Shown: piece by piece, positions 19,038-28,389 of the stretch | How the letters are laid out: every line of letters begins with the position of its first letter | Numbering within the stretch: the stretch's first letter is position 1 | Origin: Dehalococcoidia bacterium | GTDB taxonomy: Bacteria > Chloroflexota > Dehalococcoidia > Lucifugimonadales > UBA3495 | Reading direction: 5' to 3' | Assembly (NCBI GenBank): GCA_965226825.1 | Contig: CBDDED010000003.1 | Coordinates: 2,985,240-3,049,239, forward strand | DNA: 64,000 bases | Notes under the pieces: generated by a model | The model's input: the letters and a program-made list of their open reading frames with translations, nothing else | Told to the model about the DNA's origin: nothing | The model's database searches: none | Translations under genes and position numbers: made by a program

Positions 19038-19817
19038 TCAGAACTCTGGCTGGCGCTTTTCCTTGAATGCCTGGATGCCTTCGGATGGGTGGGGAGAGGT
19101 GGCCACGTATTGGGCGAAAGCCATGATTTCGTTGGCGACTCCCTCCCGCAGCGGAAGGTCTTGCCCCCGACGGGCGATGGACTTGATCCAACCCAGCCCC
19201 GGCCGGCTCTTGGTCCGCAGGGGCGTCAGCAGCTTTTCCAATTCCTCATCCAGGTCTTCGGCCGGGGCGGCCCGCAACACCAATCCCCATTCTGCAGCCT
19301 CACGCCCGGAAAGCCAGCGGCCGGTGGTCAGCAGGTCCATGGCGCGTTGCATGCCGATCCTGCGGGGCAGTCTTTGGGTGGACCCTCCGCCCGGCATCAA
19401 CCCAAAATTCACGTGCTGGTCGCCGATCCGGGCGTCGTCCGCCGCCAGAGCCATGTCGCAGGCCATCATCAGCTCCAGTCCGCCGGCCAGGGCGAACCCG
19501 TGGACCACGGCGATAACCGGCACCGGTAAGGATTCCAACTGGAAAAGGCAGTCGTTGAATTGCTGAAGGTATGGCGTGAGCAGGTCCGGCTGGGCAAATG
19601 CCGTCTGGAAGTAGATAAGGTCGGCCCCAGCCGAAAAGGCGCGGCCTTCGCCGCGGATAACCAGGGCCTTGATGCTCTGGTCGTCTTGGACGTTGGCGAC
19701 GGCGCCCGATAGGTCTTCCAGCAAGGCGGGACTCAACGCGTTCATTGCATCGGGGCGGTTGAGGCCGATGGTGGCCACCGCGCCTTCTTTCTCCAACTTG
19801 ATGTTGGTATACTCCAC
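19038..19817 (-). CDS. enoyl-CoA hydratase/isomerase (crotonase family)
   Basis: MEYTNIKLEKEGAVATIGLNRPDAMNAL..RAFSAGADL.. Confidence 0.9.
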   Translation of the reverse strand: MEYTNIKLEKEGAVATIGLNRPDAMNALSPALLEDLSGAVANVQDDQSIKALVIRGEGRAFSAGADLIYFQTAFAQPDLLTPYLQQFNDCLFQLESLPVPVIAVVHGFALAGGLELMMACDMALAADDARIGDQHVNFGLMPGGGSTQRLPRRIGMQRAMDLLTTGRWLSGREAAEWGLVLRAAPAEDLDEELEKLLTPLRTKSRPGLGWIKSIARRGQDLPLREGVANEIMAFAQYVATSPHPSEGIQAFKEKRQPEF

Positions 19818-19884
19818 GGGTTCCTCCTGAGTGTTGAAAATGAAATCGGCTTAATATATCAGACGCCGTCAACGCTAATATGTC

Positions 19885-20111
19885 GTGACCCAACCTCAAA
19901 GCCAATCCACGCAGTTTTCTACTCTACGGATCAGGGTGCAACCCAAGGCCTCCAGGTCCAGGGTCGTGGGCTTCCAGGAGTTGGGTTTCCAGGCAACGGG
20001 TTCGAGCGAAGACGTGCTGCACCTTCGGGTCACCGCTCCGCCTGAGGAAGGGAAAGCCAACGCCGCAGTGGTCGCTTTGGTGGCGAAATCCCTGCGAGTG
20101 CCTCCCAGCAG
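19885..20111 (+). pseudogene. DUF167/YggU-family gene, 5' part (split by integrated element)
   Basis: ..LRIRVQPKASRSRVVG...LHLRVTAPPEEGKANAAVVALVAKSLRVPPS is the conserved YggU core. The reading frame leaves the family pattern right after 20111. Confidence 0.8.
20100..20111. repeat. attL-like core, GCCTCCCAGCAG
   Basis: An identical 12-mer occurs at 31605-31616, in the same reading-frame phase of the split gene. Confidence 0.75.
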
Positions 20112-20114
20112 GCG

Positions 20115-20393
20115 TTGTCAATAGAAAGAACTTATCAGTTTTTCATTAAGCTGGAGCGCCCAACCAAGGGACGCAAACCTGCAAACCCATCAATTACCAA
20201 CAAGGCCTACCACAACGACTACACCATCCAGGACCGAAAACGGCGTAGCGAACTTGGCAGATGCAGGAGTTGCCCCGAACCAGCCGTACCCGGACAGACT
20301 CGCTGCACCACTTGCGCAGAGAGGCACAACGAGTTAAGTCGTGCCTACCGAAAACGCCTCAAAGAACGAGAATCAGGGCAGGAAATTTCCTGA
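20115..20393 (+). CDS. small CxxC...CxxC (zinc-ribbon-like) protein, 92 aa
   Basis: ..GRCRSCPEPAVPGQTRCTTCAERHNELSRAYRKRL... It is the first ORF inside attL. The TTG start is uncertain. Confidence 0.4.
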   Translation: MSIERTYQFFIKLERPTKGRKPANPSITNKAYHNDYTIQDRKRRSELGRCRSCPEPAVPGQTRCTTCAERHNELSRAYRKRLKERESGQEIS

Positions 20394-20616
20394 TCAGATA
20401 CAACCCCAAATACCCCCAACATCAACTGCCCAAAGCTTCATGCGGTGATAATATACTCCCCGTATCTACCAATACGTCTACATCCTACCCCAGTACCCAA
20501 CGTTCAGCAGACATCCGAAGACACCAAATCGGGGAGACAATAACTGCGGGCACGTCCGAAATCTCCGACGACCACGCACTGACCAGCATGGAATTTAATT
20601 ACCAAAGGGATTAAAC

Positions 20617-21018
20617 ATGCCTCGAAAATCACCCGCGGGAATATCTACCAACGACCTGATCTTCAGTTCCTATATCGGAACGAACGACCAAGTCTTTCCT
20701 CACGTTCTCTCCCTTTATGTTGAACCAGGAAGCACCGTCGCAGACGTCACCTTCGGCAAAGGAGTATTTTGGAAAAAAGTACCAGTGGGAGTGTTCGACC
20801 TACGCCCTACGGACATCACCACCGGGACAGACTGCAAGAATTTACCATATGCCGACGGAGAGATTGATTGCGTTGTCTTTGATCCGCCATACATGCACAC
20901 CCCCGGAGGGACAGCTCATGTCGACCATCAAAACTACGACGGCGCCGGTGTCAACCATCATCCTCGCCAAATCCAGAGCCAACAGAAACTCGATCCAGGT
21001 CCCCCGGACCGCCAGTAA
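20617..21018 (+). pseudogene. N4/N6 DNA methyltransferase gene, truncated after the DPPY motif
   Basis: ..VADVTFGKGVFW.. (FxGxG-like) and ..DCVVFDPPYMH.. (DPPY). Protein-like sequence is lost about 20 codons later, so the 133-aa length is too short. Confidence 0.6.
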
Positions 21019-21109
21019 TCAGTTCACATAGCTTCGCTAAAGAAAATTCCTAATCCGAGCCATATGGAAACCTTAACGGATCAAGAGCCCCGCGATACAA
21101 TCTCCCACC

Positions 21110-21352
21110 GGAGCAGAACTGCTCTTTGAAATCTTCAACCAGCGCTAAGAGCGGGGCTCCATCCTGGTCACCACCAACCTGCCTTTCGATGAGTGGACCC
21201 AGGTGTTCGGATCGGAACGCCTGACCGGAGCGCTGCTGGACCGTCTCACCCACCATGTCCACATCCTGGAGATGAACGGCGACAGCTACCGCCTCCGGCG
21301 CAGCCGGGAGGACGCCGCCTCGCAAGCTCCGGACAAGCCGGAAGGCGCATAA
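21110..21352 (+). pseudogene. IS21 IstB helper-ATPase gene, C-terminal fragment with internal stop
   Basis: ..[61 protein letters not shown].. is the conserved IstB C-terminus. No N-terminal part and no istA are present. Confidence 0.8.
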
Positions 21353-21480
21353 CACACCGTCAAAACTGCTCCCTCCTACCCTGTAACGTCGCCACCTTGA
21401 CCAATTTTCTGCTGAACGTCAACAGGCCAGTGGTACACGGTTACTCCGCCACAGTGGTATGTTTTGTCGACGCCCTTGAC

Positions 21481-23134
21481 ATCCGGGCTCGAATTCGGGT
21501 AGATGAGGGGTTGGCGGCGGTCTGCAGGCGTTTTTGGGGGCGCCGATGGCGGCCTACAGTGGCTGCGGTGAGCGAGATGGCGGTGAGAGGGCACGGCAAG
21601 AGGCGCTCGCGGACCGGACTGGCGCGAGTTTGCGGGGAGGTTCAGTTTGCGGGGACGTTGGGACACTGGCGGACGGGCGCCGTCAGGCCGGGAGTGGAAT
21701 GGCTCGCAACCTGGCCAGGGCGCGACTGAACTGGGTTTCCCAGGGCCAACCCTTGGGAAGATGCAGGGTGAGGCGGCGTGCCGAGCGGGTGAGCCGTCCG
21801 GCCAGGGCGAAGACCCGCCGCCTGAGGGTCTTGGTGGTCACGATCTGCTCACCCAGGCCGATGCGGGCCGTCCAGCGGGCCAGGTTATGCGCCATCACCT
21901 GAACCGCCAGCCAGGCGCCGTTGGCGGCGAAGCACCCCGACGGCATGTGGTTCAGCCCGACGCCGTACTTGAGGTCGCGTATGGCGTTCTCGACCTCGGC
22001 GTGGCGGCGATGATCGGCCTCCAGTTCCAGCATCTCCCCGTCCCGGTCGGTGATGAAGCCGTGATAGCTGTATCTGGCGAAGAGGGCGAGCTGGGAACCG
22101 GGCGTCGGCTTCACCCGCCGGACAATGAGCCGCACCGGTGCGGCGTCCGGCTTGGTCTGGAACGGGGTGTAAGTAGTCTCGGCGACATCGGCGGCGCCGT
22201 CCATCCAGTAGGGAATGGGAGTCCAGTCCTGCTCTGGTATCGCCTCGATCAGGTCCCGCAGGCTTTTGTGCTGGCGGACGGTGATGGAGAAGCGGACATC
22301 CATTTCCCGGCAGGCGGAAACGACAGTGTGGGCGTAGAAGCCGCTGTCGGCCCGCGCCGTGAGTTGTCCGCTGGCTCCGCCGTAGCGCACCCGCCCCACC
22401 GTTTCACGCAGGAAGTGGGCGGCGCCGCGGGCGGTGTTGGCGCGGCCCTCGCGCAGCCGGGACATCAACACGTCGCCGGTGCCGGCGGCGATAGCCAGCA
22501 GTGGGTGATAGCCACGGGCGCCGGTATAGCCGTGGTGGCGTGCCCCCTCCTTGGCCATGCCGTAGGTTTCGCAGATGGTCGAATCCAGGTCGATGGTCAA
22601 AGGCGCATCGCCGGGTCCGGCCCCGGCCTGCCATGCCCGTGCCAGCAACTGGCGGCTCACGCGGTCGAGTTGACGGACGTGGCCCCAGCGAAAGCTGCGC
22701 AGGAAGGTCCCGAGGGTGGATGGCGCCTTGACCACGCAGCCGAGAACACCGACCGTCCCACCGGCACGCAGCGCATCGGCGTCGTCGATGCAGTCGCCGC
22801 CGGCCAGCGCGGAAGCGACCAGCGTCAGTAGCTTGTCCCCCGTGTTGGCCCGCCCCGGCGCGCCGCCGAGGTCGAGGTGACGGTCGACGAGTTCCCGCAG
22901 GCCCAGGCGCCGGGCGAGGGTGGCAGGAAGAAGCAGGCCGGCATTGGCCACCAGGCGGTGGTCGTCGAAGGTGATTTGGATCCGGTCGGGGTGGTTGCGT
23001 GGTAGCATCTAATGGGTGATCCTTTTCTGGGACTGTTTTTCTGTTCCAAAACCATTATCCCAGATTCAGAAGAGCACCTTTTTGCCCTTTCAGGAGGCCT
23101 CTCACACGCCCTTGTTCGGTGGATTGGGGCTTAT
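21481..23134 (-). mobile_element. IS1380-family IS, copy 1 (one terminus missing)
   Basis: Homology with copy 2 starts abruptly at 21481 (= 28470 of copy 2). The ~80 bp carrying the transposase-distal terminal IR are therefore absent. The other end, ..CGGTGGATTGGGGCTTA, is at 23117-23133. Confidence 0.75.
21683..23008 (-). CDS. IS1380-family DDE transposase (441 aa)
   Basis: MLPRNHPDRIQITFDDHRLVANAGLLLPATLARRLGL..GDCIDDADALR.. is characteristic of IS1380-type transposases. Intact ORF. Confidence 0.85.
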   Translation of the reverse strand: MLPRNHPDRIQITFDDHRLVANAGLLLPATLARRLGLRELVDRHLDLGGAPGRANTGDKLLTLVASALAGGDCIDDADALRAGGTVGVLGCVVKAPSTLGTFLRSFRWGHVRQLDRVSRQLLARAWQAGAGPGDAPLTIDLDSTICETYGMAKEGARHHGYTGARGYHPLLAIAAGTGDVLMSRLREGRANTARGAAHFLRETVGRVRYGGASGQLTARADSGFYAHTVVSACREMDVRFSITVRQHKSLRDLIEAIPEQDWTPIPYWMDGAADVAETTYTPFQTKPDAAPVRLIVRRVKPTPGSQLALFARYSYHGFITDRDGEMLELEADHRRHAEVENAIRDLKYGVGLNHMPSGCFAANGAWLAVQVMAHNLARWTARIGLGEQIVTTKTLRRRVFALAGRLTRSARRLTLHLPKGWPWETQFSRALARLRAIPLPA

Positions 23135-23294
23135 GAACCTGGTGCGCCAATTCCGCCGCCTAAAGGTAATCGCGTTACATCTGGGCGGATTCTACATGCT
23201 GGAGGTGGCGGAGCGGGAGTTGATTGGTCTGTAGGCGTCCCAGCGCGGTCTCGCGCCAAGAGGGCGTTTGAGGGGTTTATCCTCCCCCTCCGGC

Positions 23295-24365
23295 TTATCT
23301 GGTCAAGACCTGGGCCAAGCTCTCCAGGAAGCCGCCGATGTGGTCCTGTGTGATCAACCCAACGGTGCCCAGGCGGAAGGTAGTCTCGCTCAATGGACCC
23401 TGAGACTTGTAAATCAAGTACCCGCGCTCTTTCAAAGGCCGATGCAGGTCATTGTAGGAGAACCCGTCGGGCAGCATTACCGAGGTCATGGTGTTGGACA
23501 GGTTCTCTCGGGACACCAGGAAACTCAACTCCAGGGCTGCCAGTCCGTCGCGCAGCGAATGGGCGATGTCGCGGTAGTGGGCTATGCGGCGGTCCACGCC
23601 CTCCTCCAGCAATTCCCTGGCAGCCTCCCGGAGAGCATAAATGGTCTGGATGGGCGGCGTGAAGGGGGTCTCTCCTTCCTCTTCCCGGATCAAGGCGCCG
23701 ACCAGGTCGGTGGAAAAAGTCACCTGGCGCCGTTGGGCCACCACTTCCAGCAGCTCATTGGAGACCACCACGAAGGAGGCCCCGGGAATGCCGCGAAGGC
23801 ACTTGTTGGCCGACCCGATAATCAGGTCGACACCCCAACTGGGCAGGTCCAACTCCTCGCCGGCCACGCTGCTAACGGTATCCACCAGCACCCACTTTTG
23901 ACGGCCTTTGGCTATCTCGGCAACCTGGGCCAGGTCATTGAGGACACCCGTGGTGGTCTCGTGGTGGATCAGATACACCACATCGTGGGAGGTGGCGCCA
24001 ACCAACTCCTCCACTCGTTCCAGGGGCAGGGGAAGTGTCCAGTCGAAATTCTCCAGGGTGAAGGGAATCCCGAAGACCTGCGCGATCTGGGCGGCCCGCT
24101 CACCATAGACTCCATTGGACAGGACCAAGACGCCACTGGTAACGCCGGCCAGGGAGGTAATAGCGGCTTCGATGCCTGTGGTGCCGGAGCCGCTTAGCAC
24201 GGCGCAGGCGTATCCTTTGGGCACGCCACATACCTGAAGTAGCAGAGAGCGGGTTTCCAGCAGAAGCTCGGAGAACTCGGACTCACGGTGGCCAATGTCG
24301 GGCAGGGTGAGAGCCAGGCGAACGCGCTCGGAGATGTTGGCCGGGCCGGGCGAAAATATTATCAT
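23295..24365 (-). CDS. class-V aminotransferase, 2-aminoethylphosphonate:pyruvate transaminase-like
   Basis: MIIFSPGPANISERV.. N-terminus, 356 aa. It is the last gene of the pepM-ppd operon, so the function is assigned from context. Confidence 0.7.
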   Translation of the reverse strand: MIIFSPGPANISERVRLALTLPDIGHRESEFSELLLETRSLLLQVCGVPKGYACAVLSGSGTTGIEAAITSLAGVTSGVLVLSNGVYGERAAQIAQVFGIPFTLENFDWTLPLPLERVEELVGATSHDVVYLIHHETTTGVLNDLAQVAEIAKGRQKWVLVDTVSSVAGEELDLPSWGVDLIIGSANKCLRGIPGASFVVVSNELLEVVAQRRQVTFSTDLVGALIREEEGETPFTPPIQTIYALREAARELLEEGVDRRIAHYRDIAHSLRDGLAALELSFLVSRENLSNTMTSVMLPDGFSYNDLHRPLKERGYLIYKSQGPLSETTFRLGTVGLITQDHIGGFLESLAQVLTR

Positions 24366-24370
24366 CCCGT

Positions 24371-24943
24371 TCAGTCCTTCCGGTGGACGTTGCTCCGGAA
24401 CCGGTCCCTGATCTCGGTTGGCGGGTGGGACACCCGGGGAATACCCTCCACCGGGGCAATACCGGCCTTGACCAGAATCAGGTGGGGGCCCGGTACACCG
24501 GCCACCCCCAAAAGAGCGTCTTCCAAGTCTTCTATATCATCCACTCGCGCCACCTGCCGGTAGCCGCAGCTCTTGGCTACCTCGGCCAAGTCCACTTTGG
24601 AGCTAATGGTTGGCTGCCCTCCGGTGGACTCGTAGGATTCGTTGTCCAGGATAAAATGGACGAGGTTGCTGGGATTTTCGCCGGCGATGAGGGGCAAAGC
24701 ACCCAGGCTCATCAATGCGCTGCCATCTCCCTCCAGCACAAAAACCCGCTGCTCCGGCACCATCAGGGCCAGACCCAGACCGAAGGATGACAGGAGCCCC
24801 ATGGAGCCGATCATGTAGAAATTCCCGGGCCTGTCTTCGGTGAAGAATACCTCACGCGATATCATCCCCGTGGTGCTCAACACCAGGTCGGCGGGCCGGA
24901 CATGCGCCAGGATTTTCTCTATGGCCCTGTAGCGGCCGATCAA
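24371..24943 (-). CDS. phosphonopyruvate decarboxylase, beta (TPP-binding) subunit
   Basis: ..VFVLEGDGSALMSLGALPL..FILDNESYESTGGQ.. (GDG..N thiamine-diphosphate motif). A 4-nt overlap with the alpha subunit gene. Confidence 0.75.
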   Translation of the reverse strand: MIGRYRAIEKILAHVRPADLVLSTTGMISREVFFTEDRPGNFYMIGSMGLLSSFGLGLALMVPEQRVFVLEGDGSALMSLGALPLIAGENPSNLVHFILDNESYESTGGQPTISSKVDLAEVAKSCGYRQVARVDDIEDLEDALLGVAGVPGPHLILVKAGIAPVEGIPRVSHPPTEIRDRFRSNVHRKD

Positions 24944-25434
24944 TCCACCACTCCAGGCCTGATCAGCAGCGCTCCTGGTACCGATCGCCTGTGGATTTCC
25001 GCCAACAGCCGGTCCAAGGCGTACTCCAGTTGGTCCGGCTCCGGTACTTCGTAGGGGACTTCCAGAAGGTCAAAAATCTCCGGCGACTTCACACCCATGA
25101 TCCAATGCTCGGGAGCGTCGTTGGGTGGACCGCCATAACCTCGCCAGCCGACTACCAGCAGCACCGGAATCTTGTACATCAGGCTAAACGAGGTCAGGGG
25201 ATTTACGATGTTGCCGATTCCCGAGTTCTGCATCATGACGCCGCCCAGTTTCCCGGCGAAATAGGCGGCGCTGGCCACGCCCAGAGCCACGTCTTCCCGC
25301 ACCGCTGGCACGTAGCGCACCTCCGGGTCTTCCACCATATAGTTGTAGGATTGTTGAAACGTAGAGTCGGGCACACCGGAGAAGAAAGTCAAACCTCGCG
25401 CCTTCAGCACGTCCCAGAAAGCTCCTGCTTCCAT
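24940..25434 (-). CDS. phosphonopyruvate decarboxylase, alpha subunit
   Basis: N-terminal TPP-enzyme pyrimidine-binding-type sequence ..FFSGVPDSTF..MQNSGIGN... Located next to pepM. Confidence 0.7.
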   Translation of the reverse strand: MEAGAFWDVLKARGLTFFSGVPDSTFQQSYNYMVEDPEVRYVPAVREDVALGVASAAYFAGKLGGVMMQNSGIGNIVNPLTSFSLMYKIPVLLVVGWRGYGGPPNDAPEHWIMGVKSPEIFDLLEVPYEVPEPDQLEYALDRLLAEIHRRSVPGALLIRPGVVD

Positions 25435-25452
25435 GATCTAATAGCCGACCAA

Positions 25453-26472
25453 TTAGCCCGGTACGGCCTCTACCGCCGGTATCCCGGCGCCAGGGCCTGC
25501 TCCGTTTCTTCGGTTCTCCACCAGACGCATGTCCTCGGCCCGCTCCCGGTCTTTGCGGTTGATGCGGTCTAAGCCCACCGTGGCAAATATCTCGCCTACC
25601 GGCGCGCACAACGGGTCCACCTCCAGGCTGCGCCCGCTCTCCAGGATGGTCCGGGCCGCCTGGTTCATGGCTTTATAGGCGGCCCGGAGCAGATGGTTCG
25701 CGTGGATGATGATGTTGAAACCACACGCGACCAGCTCCGCGTCGCTGACGGTATTGTATGTGGTTGGCACGCTTACTAGGACCGGCCGGCGGCCCATGCG
25801 GCCGCACAGTGCCTCGTAGGCCTCCGCGAAGGCCAGAATGTCGTCGGGCCGCCGGTCGCTGGAGTGTACCATGAGGCCATCGGCCCCAGCCTGAATGTAC
25901 TGCTCTGCCCTTTCCAGGGCGTCCTCTAAACCTGCGCCGGCGATGAGGCTCTCCAGCCGGGCGATGACCATGAAATCATCGCTGATAACCATCTCTCTAC
26001 CCGCCCTAATCTTCTGGGCAAAGACCAACGGGTCCTCCAGGTCCTGGCTGGCGGACCCGTCGAGGCTGTTTCTCTTGGGAAACACCTTGTCTTCGATTAT
26101 CACGGCCGAAACACCCAACCGCTCCAGGTTCTTGACCATGTATTCGAACTGGGAGGCTTCACCGCCGGTGTCGCCGTCCACGATAATGGGCTTGGTAGTA
26201 ACATTGAGTATTTCGTCGATGGTGCGGGCGCGGGAGTCGTTGCCGACGATGGAGGCGTCGGGCAATCCCTTAGTGGCCGAGTCGGTGAGGCTGCTTTCCC
26301 ATATCCCGTCGTATTCGACAACCTGGCCGTTCATCTGGACCCGGGCATTTTCCACCACCAACCCGCTCAGGCCGCTGTGGGCTTCCAGGATACGGGCAAA
26401 TCCCTTCCGGGAGATGCACTCCCGCAAACCGCTGAGCCGTTCCCAGGGCCCGATTCTGTTTTCAATACTCAT
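25453..26472 (-). CDS. pepM: phosphoenolpyruvate mutase
   Basis: Isocitrate-lyase/PEP-mutase fold sequence carrying the PepM-diagnostic EDKxxxxxNS motif as IIEDKVFPKRNS. Confidence 0.85.
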   Translation of the reverse strand: MSIENRIGPWERLSGLRECISRKGFARILEAHSGLSGLVVENARVQMNGQVVEYDGIWESSLTDSATKGLPDASIVGNDSRARTIDEILNVTTKPIIVDGDTGGEASQFEYMVKNLERLGVSAVIIEDKVFPKRNSLDGSASQDLEDPLVFAQKIRAGREMVISDDFMVIARLESLIAGAGLEDALERAEQYIQAGADGLMVHSSDRRPDDILAFAEAYEALCGRMGRRPVLVSVPTTYNTVSDAELVACGFNIIIHANHLLRAAYKAMNQAARTILESGRSLEVDPLCAPVGEIFATVGLDRINRKDRERAEDMRLVENRRNGAGPGAGIPAVEAVPG

Positions 26473-26547
26473 ACGAACCTCCTCCTTTGTCCACTAGAGC
26501 CAGACTTAATAGGGGCGCCGCGCCGAATGGCTATGGAGTGTAGACAG

Positions 26548-27576
26548 TCAGGGCTCGGAAGGCTTCTCCGCTGTAACGAGCGCCAGTTGGGTAGGCAGGG
26601 CAATGGTTCTGGTATTTTGGAAACCCGAAGCCTCGAGCCACGAGGCTACCTCTTTGCCTTCCCGGTCGCCGGCACCGGGGTCGAAGGCAACCAGCACGTA
26701 CATGTCCTCGAAGGTGTCCAGCCTCTTTCGCTCGGCGCTCTCGTCAATGCGCATGTAGTCCTGGATGATTACCATGCCGCCGGGCAGCAAAAGGTCATAG
26801 GCCAGCCGGAACAGCTGGCGGCAGTCCTCTCCGGACTTGATCAGGACCACACCAGAGATGAGCACCACATCGTAGTCCGCACCCGCCTCCGCCTTGAAGA
26901 AGTCGCCTTCAAGCAGAGAAATCTGGCTTTGCAGGTTATGCTCTTCCACAAGGGTCTTGGCGATGATGAGGGGCTCTTTTTGGTCTAGCACGACGGCTTT
27001 GAGCTGAGGGTTGGCGGCGCATAAGGCGATACTGTAGCTGGCCGCTCCACCGCCCAGGTCCAGAAGCTTGCGCCGGTCCCGCAGGTCCACATTTTCCACC
27101 AAATGGTAGGCCTGCCCAGAGACGGCGCGGTTGTGCTGGCCCATCATGTAGTTGGTCCAGTAGGTGGGCGGGTCAACGAATCCGGTCTCGTAAGGCAACA
27201 GGGTCTTACCTTCGAGGATTATCTCGTCAAGTCGGCCCCAGGAGGCCCAAGTGTTGGTGTGGTGAAGGGCGTGGTCGCCCACATAGGCTTTCTTGGTTTT
27301 GACTAGGAATGATGAGGAAAGGGGAGAATTGCCGTATTTGTCCCCCTTGGTCTCCAGCAGGTCAAGGGCTACACACGAATCGAGAAACGCCTGGACATAT
27401 CGTGGAGAGGCGCCCAGGTTTTGGGCCACTTGGCCGTGGGTTAACTCCTGGTCCTCCAGCAGTGAAAATACGTCGAGCTTGATGGCAGCCCGCAGTATGG
27501 CCGAGTACCAGAAATTACGCGCCAACTCGTTGACGCGCTCCGCCTCCATGTGCGCGGGAGGGCTGGACCGGTCCAT
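26548..27576 (-). CDS. SAM-dependent O-methyltransferase (dimerisation domain + class I MTase)
   Basis: ..LLDLGGGAASYS.. glycine-rich SAM motif after a ~100-aa winged-helix-like N-terminal part. First gene of the phosphonate operon. Confidence 0.7.
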   Translation of the reverse strand: MDRSSPPAHMEAERVNELARNFWYSAILRAAIKLDVFSLLEDQELTHGQVAQNLGASPRYVQAFLDSCVALDLLETKGDKYGNSPLSSSFLVKTKKAYVGDHALHHTNTWASWGRLDEIILEGKTLLPYETGFVDPPTYWTNYMMGQHNRAVSGQAYHLVENVDLRDRRKLLDLGGGAASYSIALCAANPQLKAVVLDQKEPLIIAKTLVEEHNLQSQISLLEGDFFKAEAGADYDVVLISGVVLIKSGEDCRQLFRLAYDLLLPGGMVIIQDYMRIDESAERKRLDTFEDMYVLVAFDPGAGDREGKEVASWLEASGFQNTRTIALPTQLALVTAEKPSEP

Positions 27577-28096
27577 GCAGTTTCCTCCTCTGTGCTTTGG
27601 CGCCCGCTATCGTCGCTTTTGATGTTCCAGGCCGGTTACGTCCAGCCCCATAATAAAAATTAAATGCCAATAGACATTCGCAGGGAGTTTAGGGGCAATA
27701 CACCAGCTGATCCCGCCCCCAAGGGGACGGGAGTTAAAGGTATTTTTCAGGGAAGGGAAATTGAAACGGCGGCGCTAGGGGTCGAAAGGAAGGGCATGCT
27801 GGTATCTGGATTGCAAGTTGCTGCGGCGCGACCACCTGATGGGTGCCTTGCCGGTGCGACTACTCAGGCGGTTGATAGTCCCAGAATCGAGAGGGACTAC
27901 AACCGGTACGCTCGCACCTTTTATGCTACTTAGGACGGTCACATCTACATCCAGTCCCTTGGCGTACCCTACCACCCCCTAGAGAAAGGGGAGGTTTCTG
28001 ATGCTCGATGAGTGTAGCGGCGAGTGTAACAACGTTGACCCGCTTCGTCAACTTGTGCCCAACAGAAGCGAACCGCCATCACCGGTGCCTCCGTCA

Positions 28097-28387
28097 TCAG
28101 GGCTGATGAGCCGCCCCACCCTTGCGGGCGAACAACAGGCAATGCTCTACGGACTTGCTGTCGGTTAAATGTAGGAGAGCCGCCAGGTCGTCGGGTGAGT
28201 CGGGCCTGATTAGGGTTACTTTCTGCTGCCCTAGTATGCCCAGAATATCGTTCTCTTCGTAAAGCTGAAAGTTCCGCTCCATTCCGTAGTCCTGGTCGAA
28301 CACGGTGAGGATGCCACGCCCGTTCTTGAACATGAGCTGCAGGACGCCTTGGGGGCATAGTACCCGGGCCAGCTCGGGCAACACCAC
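28097..28387 (-). pseudogene. class I SAM methyltransferase gene, C-terminal fragment cut by IS1380 copy 2
   Basis: ..LPELARVLCPQGVLQLMF.. is the typical post-motif region. The ORF is open up to the IS terminus at 28390 and lacks SAM-binding motifs. Confidence 0.55.
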
Positions 28388-28389
28388 CT

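Noticed and set aside
21050-21355. 101-aa minus-strand ORF
   Set aside because: It is antisense to the clearly recognisable IstB C-terminal fragment on the plus strand.
21647-22831. 394-aa plus-strand ORF (and its twin at 28609..29820) overlapping the IS1380 transposase genes
   Set aside because: They lie entirely antisense to well-supported transposase ORFs and are Gly/Ala/Arg-rich and low-complexity. This is the typical shadow ORF of GC-rich coding DNA.
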